A stretch of DNA of 64,000 bases from a virus (Duplodnaviria; Heunggongvirae; Uroviricota; Caudoviricetes): IMG/VR virus record IMGVR_UViG_3300045988_161152; one strand, written 5' to 3'. Position numbers and translations under genes: made by a program. Below are positions 19,351 through 28,535 of this stretch, piece by piece. The notes beneath the pieces are model-generated. The model worked only from the letters and a program-made list of their open reading frames with translations, was not told the DNA's origin and did no database searches. Each line of letters opens with the position of its first letter. Positions within the stretch are counted from its first letter, which is position 1.

Positions 19351-21078
19351 TTACTCAGAGTCACCGGCATCAATCGTGTCGCCGCTAATGAAGTTAAGCC
19401 CGCCTTTTTTGGCCATTGTCAGCGTTACACGAGTGAAGTAATCAGCGCCGTTGCGTGGGTGCATATCGTTGATAGCCGAACCCCACAGCGTGGTACGGTT
19501 GACCAGCGCCGGAGTGGTCGGATGCTGGAACGGGATGGCCGGGACAGCATCACCAGTCACGAAGCCTGCTTTACCCGGATTTTCATCACGGACGTAGCAC
19601 AGCACATCCATCGAGCTGAACTGAATGTTCTCTGTCGTTAAGTTCTTACAAATACCAGCAGGTACTTCGTACACTTTCACGTTACCGAACAGGGTACCGA
19701 TGTAGTGAACATACGGAGTCTGGATATAGTCTTCGGCTGGCTGGAAGAAATCCTTCGGCAACTGTTTGAAGAAAGATGCTGCATCAGCACCAGCAAACAT
19801 CCCCATCGCACCAGAAGATTTAACGCGCTCAATAATGTCGCGATATACAGTCTGGAATTTGCCACGAATGATGGTTGCCCATACATCAAAGGACTGGTTA
19901 ACCGGCAGAGCGATGTCAAAGGTGTCGGTCGCAAGAGTACGCCAGATCATGATGCGAAGACGCAGCATATCCTGTTCATGAGACAGGTATTCCTTCAGGG
20001 TGCGGAACTGTAGGGAACCCAGGTCCAGACCAAATTCACGCTGTGCTTCATACGCCGCCTGTACCGTGTGCTCAGCCGCGATAACAAACTGGCTTGGGAA
20101 CAGGGTGTATTTCTTCATTTCGTGGTTGATCAGCGGGATCAGCTCAGGAGCGGCTTCAATATTGATTTCCGTCTCAATTGCGATCTCAGTGCCTTTATCC
20201 GGCGCTTTGGAGAACGACAGGGCAATCTGACCAATGTTGTAGTTCAGAGAGCAGGTAACAGTGATTTGCTCACCAGCAGCATTAGTAAACGAGTGAAGTA
20301 GGCTGCCGGAACCGTTATCAACAACAGACTTAATACGGTTAACGTAGATATTAGTGCGACCTTTTCGGATTGGTACATTCTGGCCTTCGAAGTCTTCCAT
20401 CTTGAAGGTTGCGGTTTTGCTGGTGCCATCGGAGCTTGCCACCAGCACATAGCGGCGGCGTAACTGGCTGTACACACCGACGGATTGCATGTCCAGAACA
20501 TCACCAGCAGCATAAGAACCAAAAGAGGAACCTGCCACGTTAAAGACTTCATAGATGTCGGACTGGTCACGCGTAACCGGAATGAAGGTACACGCATCAG
20601 CGGTAGCTGCCCCCAACTGAACAGGCAGGATCATCGCGAGGAATAAAGGCAGACGCATAACACCGTCAGAAACGCTCATCATCTCTGCTGCGACGGATTC
20701 CAGCATCGCTTTATTAGTGGCATCCATGCTATTGCGGGTGGACTCAATCAGGCAGTTTTCCAGCGTCTGGTGGCAGGAGGCCAGAATTTCCGGACGCGGC
20801 ATAGATTTATGTGCTGCGGCGTAGTCAGCCAGTGCACTTGCCCACGCTGTAGCGATTTGAGCGGTGGCATTATCAGAGATACCCGCAAAAACCGGGTCTT
20901 TACGTGCAGCTTCAAGGATAGATGCGGCACGCGCGGCATCATCTTTAATGAATTGGTTATCAGTACCGAACTGCGCAGTGCTTGCCCAGCCAAGCACAGC
21001 TTTAGAGCGTTTTGCGATATCTGCAATACGATTCTGGTATTCGCGTAAGTTACTCAATTTACTCTTCCTTAAACACAA
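19351..21078 (-). CDS. major head protein-like (P1 gene 23 position)
   Basis: 575-aa ORF adjacent to parS; likely true start TTG 21057 preceded by AAGGAAG. Confidence 0.45.
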   Translation of the reverse strand: MCLRKSKLSNLREYQNRIADIAKRSKAVLGWASTAQFGTDNQFIKDDAARAASILEAARKDPVFAGISDNATAQIATAWASALADYAAAHKSMPRPEILASCHQTLENCLIESTRNSMDATNKAMLESVAAEMMSVSDGVMRLPLFLAMILPVQLGAATADACTFIPVTRDQSDIYEVFNVAGSSFGSYAAGDVLDMQSVGVYSQLRRRYVLVASSDGTSKTATFKMEDFEGQNVPIRKGRTNIYVNRIKSVVDNGSGSLLHSFTNAAGEQITVTCSLNYNIGQIALSFSKAPDKGTEIAIETEINIEAAPELIPLINHEMKKYTLFPSQFVIAAEHTVQAAYEAQREFGLDLGSLQFRTLKEYLSHEQDMLRLRIMIWRTLATDTFDIALPVNQSFDVWATIIRGKFQTVYRDIIERVKSSGAMGMFAGADAASFFKQLPKDFFQPAEDYIQTPYVHYIGTLFGNVKVYEVPAGICKNLTTENIQFSSMDVLCYVRDENPGKAGFVTGDAVPAIPFQHPTTPALVNRTTLWGSAINDMHPRNGADYFTRVTLTMAKKGGLNFISGDTIDAGDSE

Positions 21079-21116
21079 GGCACTTGTGTGAATCCCTTTT
21101 CGGAAGAGATTTTATT

Positions 21117-21137
21117 GAAAGTCACTTGTTGACTTTC
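21117..21137 (-). promoter_or_regulatory. inverted repeat GAAAGTCA-N5-TGACTTTC followed by AATAAAAT; candidate late-promoter element upstream of head gene
   Basis: 8-bp arms read directly; late-promoter assignment is inference. Confidence 0.3.
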
Positions 21138-21189
21138 TCGCTAAAAGTAATTTTTTAAATTTTTTGTGCGGGGGAGGGGGGCAAGTAAA

Positions 21190-21290
21190 ACAGGCGTGAA
21201 ATCGTGGGAATTTCAGTCTGAAATTTTCCATGAATATCTATATATATCATATATTTATACATGAAATAGGCGCGGGACATTTTAGACAGG
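21190..21290. other. parS: parS-like partition site (heptamer boxes flanking AT-rich IHF-like core)
   Basis: GTGAAAT / ATTTCAG / CTGAAAT / ATGAAAT boxes around atctatatatatcatatatttatac, immediately downstream of parB. Confidence 0.5.
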
Positions 21291-21323
21291 GGAGGGGGCT
21301 AAAGCCGCCTCCCACCAGCGGGA

Positions 21324-22289
21324 TTATTCCCCAGCAGACATTTTCCCAATGATTTTTTTTATTGCTTCGTCAATTTCAGTTTGCACTTCAGACGGGAGTC
21401 TGGAGAACTCGTAGGCGACAACCCGTTTTTTCGGATCGGACTTCTTTCGGGCATATTGGCGACGGTCAGAGAAGTCTCGCAGCTTCTCAACCACCACAGA
21501 TTTAACCGGCGCGGGCTTCAGGCTTTTGCTTTCCGCTTTGAAGATAGCCAGTATCTTCGCTTTATCCTCTTTCGCGCCCTCAGTCTCTGCAATTCGTTCG
21601 CGCACCGTATCAACCAGCTCTTCAATCGGCACGCTTTTAGCGTTAGCATCCTCGGCGATCTGGAGCAGTAACTGGTAATCTGGAAGGGCGAGATCGCTGG
21701 CTACGGGGAAGACAGCAATCATCTCATCCGGCACCGCGGCAGCCTGGAAAGCTCGCGTCACTTTTGCCTTTGAGATGTTCTCAGCTCGGGCGATCTCTTC
21801 TTTGGTCATATTCTTACCGTACATAACCTCGAAGCGTTTACCCAGCTCGCGCAGAGTGTGTTCGCGGGCTGTCTGGATATCAATGGCCAGCTGGCGGGCA
21901 TCCGCCAGGCTGATCTCATCTTTCGTCACCAGAATCTCAAATTTCGTTTCATTGAAGATACACGCAGCGCGGCGACGCGATCCGTCCAATACCTCAATGC
22001 GCTCCCCAACCATACGACCGATAGCCGGGAAGAACTGTTGCAATTTAATGGTGCGGGAAATATCGCTTACCGACTCAGGGGTGAGCAGAGACTGATCGCG
22101 GCCGTTAACTGCCGGGTCAACGAACGTGCGCGACTCAATCTCACCACTCAGCACGACGGTAAGCAAGAATTTAGCCTGGCGGCCAGATTTTAGGGTAAAG
22201 GTTTTGGTGCCTTCACTGCCTTCAAGCATGCGAGCAAACTCGGAGCTATTCTTGCCCAGCACTCGTCCACGGGAAACTATTTTTTTCAT
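21324..22289 (-). CDS. parB: partition protein ParB (centromere-binding)
   Basis: 321 aa with ParB motif VLDGSRRR; downstream of and overlapping parA. Confidence 0.85.
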   Translation of the reverse strand: MKKIVSRGRVLGKNSSEFARMLEGSEGTKTFTLKSGRQAKFLLTVVLSGEIESRTFVDPAVNGRDQSLLTPESVSDISRTIKLQQFFPAIGRMVGERIEVLDGSRRRAACIFNETKFEILVTKDEISLADARQLAIDIQTAREHTLRELGKRFEVMYGKNMTKEEIARAENISKAKVTRAFQAAAVPDEMIAVFPVASDLALPDYQLLLQIAEDANAKSVPIEELVDTVRERIAETEGAKEDKAKILAIFKAESKSLKPAPVKSVVVEKLRDFSDRRQYARKKSDPKKRVVAYEFSRLPSEVQTEIDEAIKKIIGKMSAGE

Positions 22290-23497
22290 GCCGCCTCACC
22301 CCTAACAAACTCAATTCGATCAAACACAGCCTTAGTGAAACGCTCGGCCTCGGTTCGTGCCTTCTTCAGCGCCTCTGCACTGCCTGGATACGATTGCGGG
22401 TTGGCACTGATTACGGTGTCGAAAGACTCGCCGCATCGCTCAAAGCCATCCAGACGAGGCAGAGAAGAGTCCAGAATGTTGCTGGCGTAAACCTCACGCG
22501 CAAGGCTGTGTGATGTCTCGTGATCGCGCTTGCCGGTCATCTTCGACATAAAACCAATGCTGGCGCTCAAACGCGGTTCTACGCCTTCCTCCTCCAGTTG
22601 CTCCAGCATTTCTGGCAGACGGGTGAGATATTTCAGTGTTGAGTGGAAGTCAACCTGGGCTGGTGGGGTAGGGGTAAGCAGCAAATCGCTGGCCGCCAGA
22701 CCGTTGAGCAGGAACGGATCCAGGTGTGGACCGGTATCAATAAAGATAAAGTCATAATCATCCGCAACACGATCAATGATATTGCGTCGAAGGATTTCGT
22801 ACTGATTTTGTCCGGGAAGATGCTCTTCAACCAGCTCTTTCCATTGGCTGGCAACAAAGCCATCGTCGATAGAGGCTGGAATCACGTCTACGCCAGGAAC
22901 GATGGTCGGACGAATCACCTCTTTGCGTAGCGTCTCCGCGTCCAGGTCGTTCAGCATCGCCTGCGCGGCGGTTTCCAGGATGGAACCAATACTGTGAGTA
23001 TGGTCGAGGAACATTGTGCTGGATGCCTGAGGGTCAAGGTCAATTACCAGAATGCGTAGATCGTGACGCAGTAAATCCTGATGCACACGCAGAGCGTGCG
23101 CCAACGTGACTGTGGAAACCGTTTTGGATACGCCACCCTTCAGGTTTACGACAAAAATAACGTAAGGCGATTTGTGAATGTCGCGATATTTGGGGATCTT
23201 ACGGTGGGCATAGATATCAATGACGTTCTGGATGGTCAGCGCGTACTGTTCAACGTTACCGACCTGTTTCTTGTTGAACTGGTACCCATCATCTTCCATC
23301 TCTTTGATGGCCTGCTCCACAATACGGCGGCTCAGCTTCGGCAACTTTGCCACAGCGTTACGAGTGAACGTCTGATAATACTCGGTCTGATTGAACTCTT
23401 TGCGCTGATCTTCAATATCCTGACTCATGGCCTTAAGTAATGCGCTTGCACGAAGAGCTATGGTGCCGACACCGCCGTAATCGCGTTTCATCATCAT
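22286..23497 (-). CDS. parA: partition ATPase ParA (type Ia, N-terminal HTH extension)
   Basis: 403 aa; deviant Walker A NLKGGVSKTVSTVTLA; C-terminal LPRLDGFERCGESFDTVISANP. Confidence 0.9.
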   Translation of the reverse strand: MMMKRDYGGVGTIALRASALLKAMSQDIEDQRKEFNQTEYYQTFTRNAVAKLPKLSRRIVEQAIKEMEDDGYQFNKKQVGNVEQYALTIQNVIDIYAHRKIPKYRDIHKSPYVIFVVNLKGGVSKTVSTVTLAHALRVHQDLLRHDLRILVIDLDPQASSTMFLDHTHSIGSILETAAQAMLNDLDAETLRKEVIRPTIVPGVDVIPASIDDGFVASQWKELVEEHLPGQNQYEILRRNIIDRVADDYDFIFIDTGPHLDPFLLNGLAASDLLLTPTPPAQVDFHSTLKYLTRLPEMLEQLEEEGVEPRLSASIGFMSKMTGKRDHETSHSLAREVYASNILDSSLPRLDGFERCGESFDTVISANPQSYPGSAEALKKARTEAERFTKAVFDRIEFVRGEAA

Positions 23498-23606
23498 CTC
23501 CTTATCATTTCGTATGAGTGAATTGTACGTTTGATTCTGCTACGTGCAACTTTTTTTGATTCGTGCGTCAATTATTGCACGTAAAGAAATGGCGATGTGG
23601 CTATTA

Positions 23607-23890
23607 GATGTGTGCTGGAGGGATGATGCAGGACCAGAATGTGCGATAGAGGGAAGTCGCATTAAATTATGTGCTGTGGAGGGATCGCTGGTATCAAATA
23701 TGTGTGCTGGAGGGAAAGGCAGAGAATTACATGTGCACTGGAGGGAAAAACGGATGGACAGATGTGTGCTGGAGGGAAAGTCTGGGCAAACTGCGGGGCG
23801 TCCCCCTCCAGCGCACATCAAAAACAGGAAATTGGACAAGCCTTCCCGGCAGCACACATTTTTTTAATGCAGCTTCCCTCCAGCACACAC
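23607..23890. repeat. incA iteron array: 9 copies of the ~19-bp RepA iteron (GATGTGTGCTGGAGGGAAA-like), 6 direct + 3 inverted
   Basis: Iterons read directly, e.g. gatgtgtgctggagggaaag at 23761; inverted copies tccccctccagcgcacatc etc. Confidence 0.85.
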
Positions 23891-24751
23891 TTATTCTGGG
23901 AGTTTCAGCTTTGGATTGCGAGAATGGACGATTACAAAACTTTCCCGGCCTTTCTTCTCAATTGAACAGTCGAGATAGCCGATTGTTTTAAGCTGTTCTA
24001 TCGCTTTCTTAATGATACGGTTTTGCTCGCCAACAGCTGACTGCAAAGCCAGGCGCTCACGGATTCGGGCGAAAGATAGCGGCAACGGATTCTGCGGAAG
24101 GCTTTCGATGAAAGTGTAAATGGCTTGTGCAGCTTCTTTCTTCGGAAGGGCACGCAAGGCGTGGTGTTGCAACAGAACGCGATAATCAAGCTGGAACAGC
24201 TCCCACAGCTTCGAATCAGCCTCCAGCTCTATCAGATCAAGGTCAGCATCAAAACGACCGACCTTTAGCAGACCAGTCTGATAGCCGCCTTTAGCATCTT
24301 TTCCGCGCTTAAAAGCGATACCCTTGTTACGTAAGCGTCCAAGTGATTCATGAATGGTTAAACGCAGTTTCGCATCCAGACGTTTTGAGGGGAAACCACA
24401 GGCTTTAGCGAATTCCTGAAACGATAACTGGATGGTGTTTGAGGACAAGCCGTATTTGCTGAACGCGTAGATGACACCGATCCACGTTTTGAAATCAGTA
24501 TCCATATCGAGTCGAGGACCGGTGATTTTAATATCATCGTAACCCTCGGCTTTAGCTATCTCCAGCTGGGAAAACGCTTTGGTGGCATCAATCTCTTTAC
24601 TTTCTCCTTTGCTCTTTGATGGCTTCGGAACGAATACCCCCAAGCGCATCAACGCTACAGGCTGGACAGTGTTGTTTGAATTAACTGTTAGTTCTTTTGC
24701 CTTACTTTCAATGTCTGCGTAAAGAATATCGGAGATAAATGATTGATTCAT
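23891..24751 (-). CDS. repA: plasmid replication initiator RepA
   Basis: 286-aa ORF flanked by iteron arrays; sequence MNQSFISDILYADIESKAKELTV... as P1 RepA. Confidence 0.9.
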   Translation of the reverse strand: MNQSFISDILYADIESKAKELTVNSNNTVQPVALMRLGVFVPKPSKSKGESKEIDATKAFSQLEIAKAEGYDDIKITGPRLDMDTDFKTWIGVIYAFSKYGLSSNTIQLSFQEFAKACGFPSKRLDAKLRLTIHESLGRLRNKGIAFKRGKDAKGGYQTGLLKVGRFDADLDLIELEADSKLWELFQLDYRVLLQHHALRALPKKEAAQAIYTFIESLPQNPLPLSFARIRERLALQSAVGEQNRIIKKAIEQLKTIGYLDCSIEKKGRESFVIVHSRNPKLKLPE

Positions 24752-24807
24752 ATTACTTTTTCCGAATTGTGTGGATAGTTTTTATAAGTGGTGATAACTA
24801 CCCAGGC

Positions 24808-24911
24808 TTTCCCGTCAGCACACATCCTATATCCCGCCAGCACACATTAGCAACCCGTCAGCACACATTTTTATCCCTCCAGCACACATCGTTTTCCCTC
24901 CAGCACACATC
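24808..24911. repeat. incC iteron array: 5 direct iterons upstream of repA
   Basis: tttccc(g/t)(t/c)cagcacacatc repeated five times. Confidence 0.85.
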
Positions 24912-25030
24912 GCGATACACTTCTAAGCCAGACGTGGCGCGGCCTGCAACGATCAGGGATCTATATGGATCTAATTGGGATCTGTATGGACCTGATTATT
25001 GGATCTATCCAGTGGATAATGTGGATAAGT
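24912..25030. other. plasmid origin oriR: five GATC (Dam) sites plus two DnaA boxes
   Basis: GATC at 24951, 24958, 24968, 24979, 25002; TGTGGATAA at 25020-25028 and AGTGGATAA at 25011-25019. Confidence 0.8.
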
Positions 25031-25069
25031 GAAAAACCGGCCAACGTAGCCGGTTGGAAGGCAGTCGTA

Positions 25070-25462
25070 TTATTCTACGCTTTCGATGAGAAGACCATGT
25101 TCATAGCATTTAAGCTCATCGCCCTCGTACAGGAATTGGTATCCAATACCACCATATTCAGGCACATTAGGGAATAACTCATCACTTACCGAAGAACAAA
25201 TCACACCAATGCAGCGATCAACGCCTTCTCGTTCTTCAGTGCTGAAAAAATCCTCTTCGGTAAGAACATGAGTACATTGCTCATCAGCATAGGTCGGAAA
25301 TACATGCTCGATGCAATCCGGGTGTTTTAAACCAAGCTGATCGGCAAGCTCGAAAGCATGACGGTATTGTTCAGATCCTGGCTTGCCAACAGTGATGTGC
25401 TCAATTTTGTAGATTGAAGTCGCTTTGTTGATAGTTTGCTTTACTGTTACTTTATCAGACAT
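25070..25462 (-). CDS. acidic protein of unknown function (P1 upfA position)
   Basis: 130-aa ORF. Confidence 0.35.
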   Translation of the reverse strand: MSDKVTVKQTINKATSIYKIEHITVGKPGSEQYRHAFELADQLGLKHPDCIEHVFPTYADEQCTHVLTEEDFFSTEEREGVDRCIGVICSSVSDELFPNVPEYGGIGYQFLYEGDELKCYEHGLLIESVE

Positions 25463-25473
25463 AAAAATCCCTT

Positions 25474-25725
25474 TTAGTTACCGCTGATAGCGCGGTTGTA
25501 ATCATTAACGTTGCGATTCTTCCTGTTAATCCCCTTCAGCATCGTTTCTGTATCAAGGATATAGGCTGGCAGATCATCAAAATATTCACTGCTAAATTCT
25601 GGCATCCTGCACATAAATGCACTTTTGGGGGCAGGGTGGTTAACCTTTGTCGGCGTCGGCGTTAAATTCGCTGATCGACTCCCGGAGCAACCGCTGAGTG
25701 TCAGCAGGAATACGCTGGCGAACAT
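25474..25725 (-). CDS. small membrane lipoprotein (P1 mlp position)
   Basis: Start taken at internal ATG giving MFASVFLLTLSGCSGS (lipobox LSGC). Confidence 0.45.
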   Translation of the reverse strand: MFASVFLLTLSGCSGSRSANLTPTPTKVNHPAPKSAFMCRMPEFSSEYFDDLPAYILDTETMLKGINRKNRNVNDYNRAISGN

Positions 25726-26089
25726 TACCCGCCGCAACCAGTTGTTTCTGAACTTCAGCTTTTCGTTCCATTTGCCTGTCAGCATACTTGGCTTGTTCTG
25801 ATTCATTTTTCACTTCCTGGCTGTGAAAATGTTGCTCTGCTTTGTTCATCGTCTCAATGGCCTGGTTAAGATCCATTATTGACTTATCACGTTCCTTAAC
25901 AGCCTGATCAAGACTGCCAATTTTCTCCATGGCTTGCTTTAGCTGATGACGTTCCCATGCAAACCCAGCACCAACAAGTGCGCAAATCAGAACAAGAACA
26001 CCAGTAGCAGCAAGTTTCTCCTTCAAAGACAAAGCTGTTTTTAACGTAGAAAAGAATGACATGTCTTCCTCCTGAAGAAAAATTATCAA
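25640..26089 (-). CDS. membrane-anchored coiled-coil protein (P1 ppfA position)
   Basis: 149 aa with TM segment LAATGVLVLICALVGAGFAW; overlaps lipoprotein gene out of frame. Confidence 0.35.
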   Translation of the reverse strand: MIIFLQEEDMSFFSTLKTALSLKEKLAATGVLVLICALVGAGFAWERHQLKQAMEKIGSLDQAVKERDKSIMDLNQAIETMNKAEQHFHSQEVKNESEQAKYADRQMERKAEVQKQLVAAGNVRQRIPADTQRLLRESISEFNADADKG

Positions 26090-26101
26090 TGAAGTCCTTT
26101 G

Positions 26102-26890
26102 TTACTGTGCCGCTTTGTTTAATTCATCAAGAACAGAATCAGGAACCAAAGCGGCAACTGCGCTGGCTGTGCTGGCCTTATTTGCTGATGCTTCCGCAAG
26201 CGCGGTACCGATAGCATGGTTATAAGCAGTTATGGCTACGTTGGCGCTTTCATTCGCTCGTTCATACTGCTGTTGTAACGCAGTTGTGGGCGCTGTTGTC
26301 TGGTTGAAAACAACCTCAAACTGTTCAGTTGCTACTTTCAGAGATTCAATTTGCTCTTCTGTTAGTGCTGGTGGGGGAGTGGCAGTGCCGCCGCCTGAAC
26401 CAGAGCCTGACGAGCTTCCTGAGCCAGTGTTAAGGGTCTGGTTAATCTCCCCCATAGCAGCGACTAAACTTGATGTATTAAGCGCGTTTACAGCGTCCTC
26501 AAGCGATTTAGTAATAGTCACATCACCAATGGCAATAGAGATCGGCAGTTCTGATACTTCTCGCTCATTAGCACGGCAGTAAACATCCCAACCAATATCG
26601 AGTTGAAGCAGCATTGACAGATCTGCATAACCAGCCAACAGGTCCGCGTGCTTAGTTGCCAGTTCTCCAATGTTCGTTAAGCCGGTTGTGGTTGTTCTGA
26701 TCGTTGAAACATAGCTGGTAATAGTGTCGGGATAGACAATTGTATCCAAAATTAATCCGATCAATTCTTCTGCAAGCTGTTTTGCCGTGTTAGCACTGTT
26801 TCGTGCCGATGTTATGGCACCAGGTGTTTTCATCCCACCGGCGGCGGCCAATTTTTTATATGCGGATAACTGGTAGTCTTTTTCCAGCAT
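26102..26890 (-). CDS. Gly/Ser-rich protein of unknown function (P1 upfB position)
   Basis: Start at ATG 26890 with AGGAG SD; contains GSGSSSGSGSGGG linker. Confidence 0.4.
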   Translation of the reverse strand: MLEKDYQLSAYKKLAAAGGMKTPGAITSARNSANTAKQLAEELIGLILDTIVYPDTITSYVSTIRTTTTGLTNIGELATKHADLLAGYADLSMLLQLDIGWDVYCRANEREVSELPISIAIGDVTITKSLEDAVNALNTSSLVAAMGEINQTLNTGSGSSSGSGSGGGTATPPPALTEEQIESLKVATEQFEVVFNQTTAPTTALQQQYERANESANVAITAYNHAIGTALAEASANKASTASAVAALVPDSVLDELNKAAQ

Positions 26891-26898
26891 GATATCTC

Positions 26899-27183
26899 CT
26901 AACTTACCTGAACCAGGCCGTCTCCGGACGCTACGGTAGATCCGCATGAAACAGGGTCACCAACGCATACGATCCCTTTACCATTGACGGTAAACCATGC
27001 CCTGGTTGATATAGCTTGCCCACCGTGCGTACTGTTTCCATCGGTATGCTGTGCATATTGCTTACCATCAACTAACACTTCGACTCCGTTGACTTTAAGT
27101 AGTGGTTCACTCTCTACAGGAGGCCTGGATGGGAATCCTCCGTGCCCCGAACAAATGCTGTCTTTTGTTGCAATACTTGCCAC
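26899..27183 (-). CDS. PAAR-like domain protein (94 aa)
   Basis: GTG start; Gly/His/Cys pattern DSICSGHGG...VNG...HTDGNSTHGG...VNGKGIVCVGDPVSCG resembles PAAR/DUF4150 repeats. Confidence 0.45.
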   Translation of the reverse strand: MASIATKDSICSGHGGFPSRPPVESEPLLKVNGVEVLVDGKQYAQHTDGNSTHGGQAISTRAWFTVNGKGIVCVGDPVSCGSTVASGDGLVQVS

Positions 27184-27264
27184 GTCATCACCAATTATTT
27201 GCTCTGATTTTCGTTATTTTAACTCAGGTTGTTTGTGGTCTACACGGAGTTCAACTATTGCAAA

Positions 27265-27281
27265 ATTGCTCTAATAAATAT
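27265..27281 (+). promoter_or_regulatory. C1 operator-like site ATTGCTCTAATAAATAT
   Basis: 16/17 match; in divergent intergenic region. Confidence 0.6.
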
Positions 27282-27352
27282 TGTTTTTTATGTCGTATTT
27301 TCGGTACCATTCAGCCATCGCCCTTCAATGGGCATTTGTTTGGAGTCGTCAG

Positions 27353-27637
27353 ATGCAGATGGAGCTAATAAGCCGCAAAGAGTTCGATAGCCGTGTAACC
27401 AGCGGTGAACTCGACAACTTGCAGGCTATCAAGGTGAAAGAAGGCTTTTGCCTCATTGGGAATCAGAGCGGAACAAATCGCGTTTTTATGCTTCGCCGTA
27501 CGGATTTGAAGCCATTTGTCTGGAAGAACGAAATTGGTCCCAGCTCATACGCTCAAACGAGGGGGTGCCACAACCTGGCCTTTTTCTACAAAGACGAGCT
27601 TTCTGTGGTTGATATTCAAGGGTTACAACATGTTTAA
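27353..27637 (+). CDS. small protein upstream of hrdC (P1 uhr position)
   Basis: 94-aa ORF from ATG 27353 with GGAG SD. Confidence 0.35.
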   Translation: MQMELISRKEFDSRVTSGELDNLQAIKVKEGFCLIGNQSGTNRVFMLRRTDLKPFVWKNEIGPSSYAQTRGCHNLAFFYKDELSVVDIQGLQHV

Positions 27638-28535
27638 GCACTGGAAAAACATTACTATTTATAAACTTTCTCGTGAGGCGGATCTGACCGACTTAGAAGA
27701 TAAAAAGAAAATGATCCTTTTCACGCCATGCGGTAGTCAGGATATGGCCAAGTTCGGTTTTGTATCTCCATTTGGTGATAATTCCGAAGTTATCGCTATG
27801 CATGGAAATGGTTTTATCCTTGTTGAAGCAAAGCGCGAAACAAAAATTCTTCCCCCGCCGGTTATCCAGCGAGCTATTCAAGAAAAAATTGAAAAACTTG
27901 AGCAAGAACAAGCGCGTAAACTGAAGAAAACAGAGAAGGACTCCCTGAAAGACGAAGTTCTGCATTCTCTTCTGCCACGGGCTTTTTCAAAGTTTTCTGT
28001 TATCCAGGCGATCTACGACGGTTCAACTAAACGTATCTATATCAATGCCAGCGCGCGGCAGGCAGAGGATATGCTCGCGCTTATGCGTAAGTCTCTGGGT
28101 TCTCTTCCTGTTGTTCCCCTGAGTGTTGAAAATCCCATTGAATTAACGCTGACCGACTGGGTACGTGATGGTAGTGCTCCACAGGGATTTCAAATGGGGG
28201 ATGCGGCAGAACTTAAGGCAGTGCTTGAGGATGGCGGTATTGCCCGGGTGAAAAAGCAGGATTTGGGAAGCGATGAAATTTCCACACACCTGGAAGCTGG
28301 CAAGCTCGTTACTAAGTTGGCACTCGACTGGCAGAACCGCATTAAATTTACACTGGACCATAACTTCAGCCTTACCAGCGTCAAATTTGCGGATGAATTG
28401 CTTGAGCAGAACTCTGATATTGATAGTGAAGATGTTGCGCAGCGACTGGACGCAGATTTCTTCCTGTTGACCAGTGAAATTTCGTGCCTGGTTGATGCTC
28501 TGGTAAATGCCCTTGGTGGAGAGGCTAAGCAGTGA
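27630..28535 (+). CDS. hrdC: RdgC-like recombination-associated protein
   Basis: Start ATG 27630 ([13 protein letters not shown]); [15 protein letters not shown] and [10 protein letters not shown] motifs as in RdgC. Confidence 0.8.
   Translation: MFKHWKNITIYKLSREADLTDLEDKKKMILFTPCGSQDMAKFGFVSPFGDNSEVIAMHGNGFILVEAKRETKILPPPVIQRAIQEKIEKLEQEQARKLKKTEKDSLKDEVLHSLLPRAFSKFSVIQAIYDGSTKRIYINASARQAEDMLALMRKSLGSLPVVPLSVENPIELTLTDWVRDGSAPQGFQMGDAAELKAVLEDGGIARVKKQDLGSDEISTHLEAGKLVTKLALDWQNRIKFTLDHNFSLTSVKFADELLEQNSDIDSEDVAQRLDADFFLLTSEISCLVDALVNALGGEAKQ

Noticed and set aside
23544-23991. Several 98-107-aa ORFs across the incA iterons
   Set aside because: Driven by the tandem iteron sequence itself (repetitive translations such as CAGG/CWRE); this is the incA control locus, not coding DNA.
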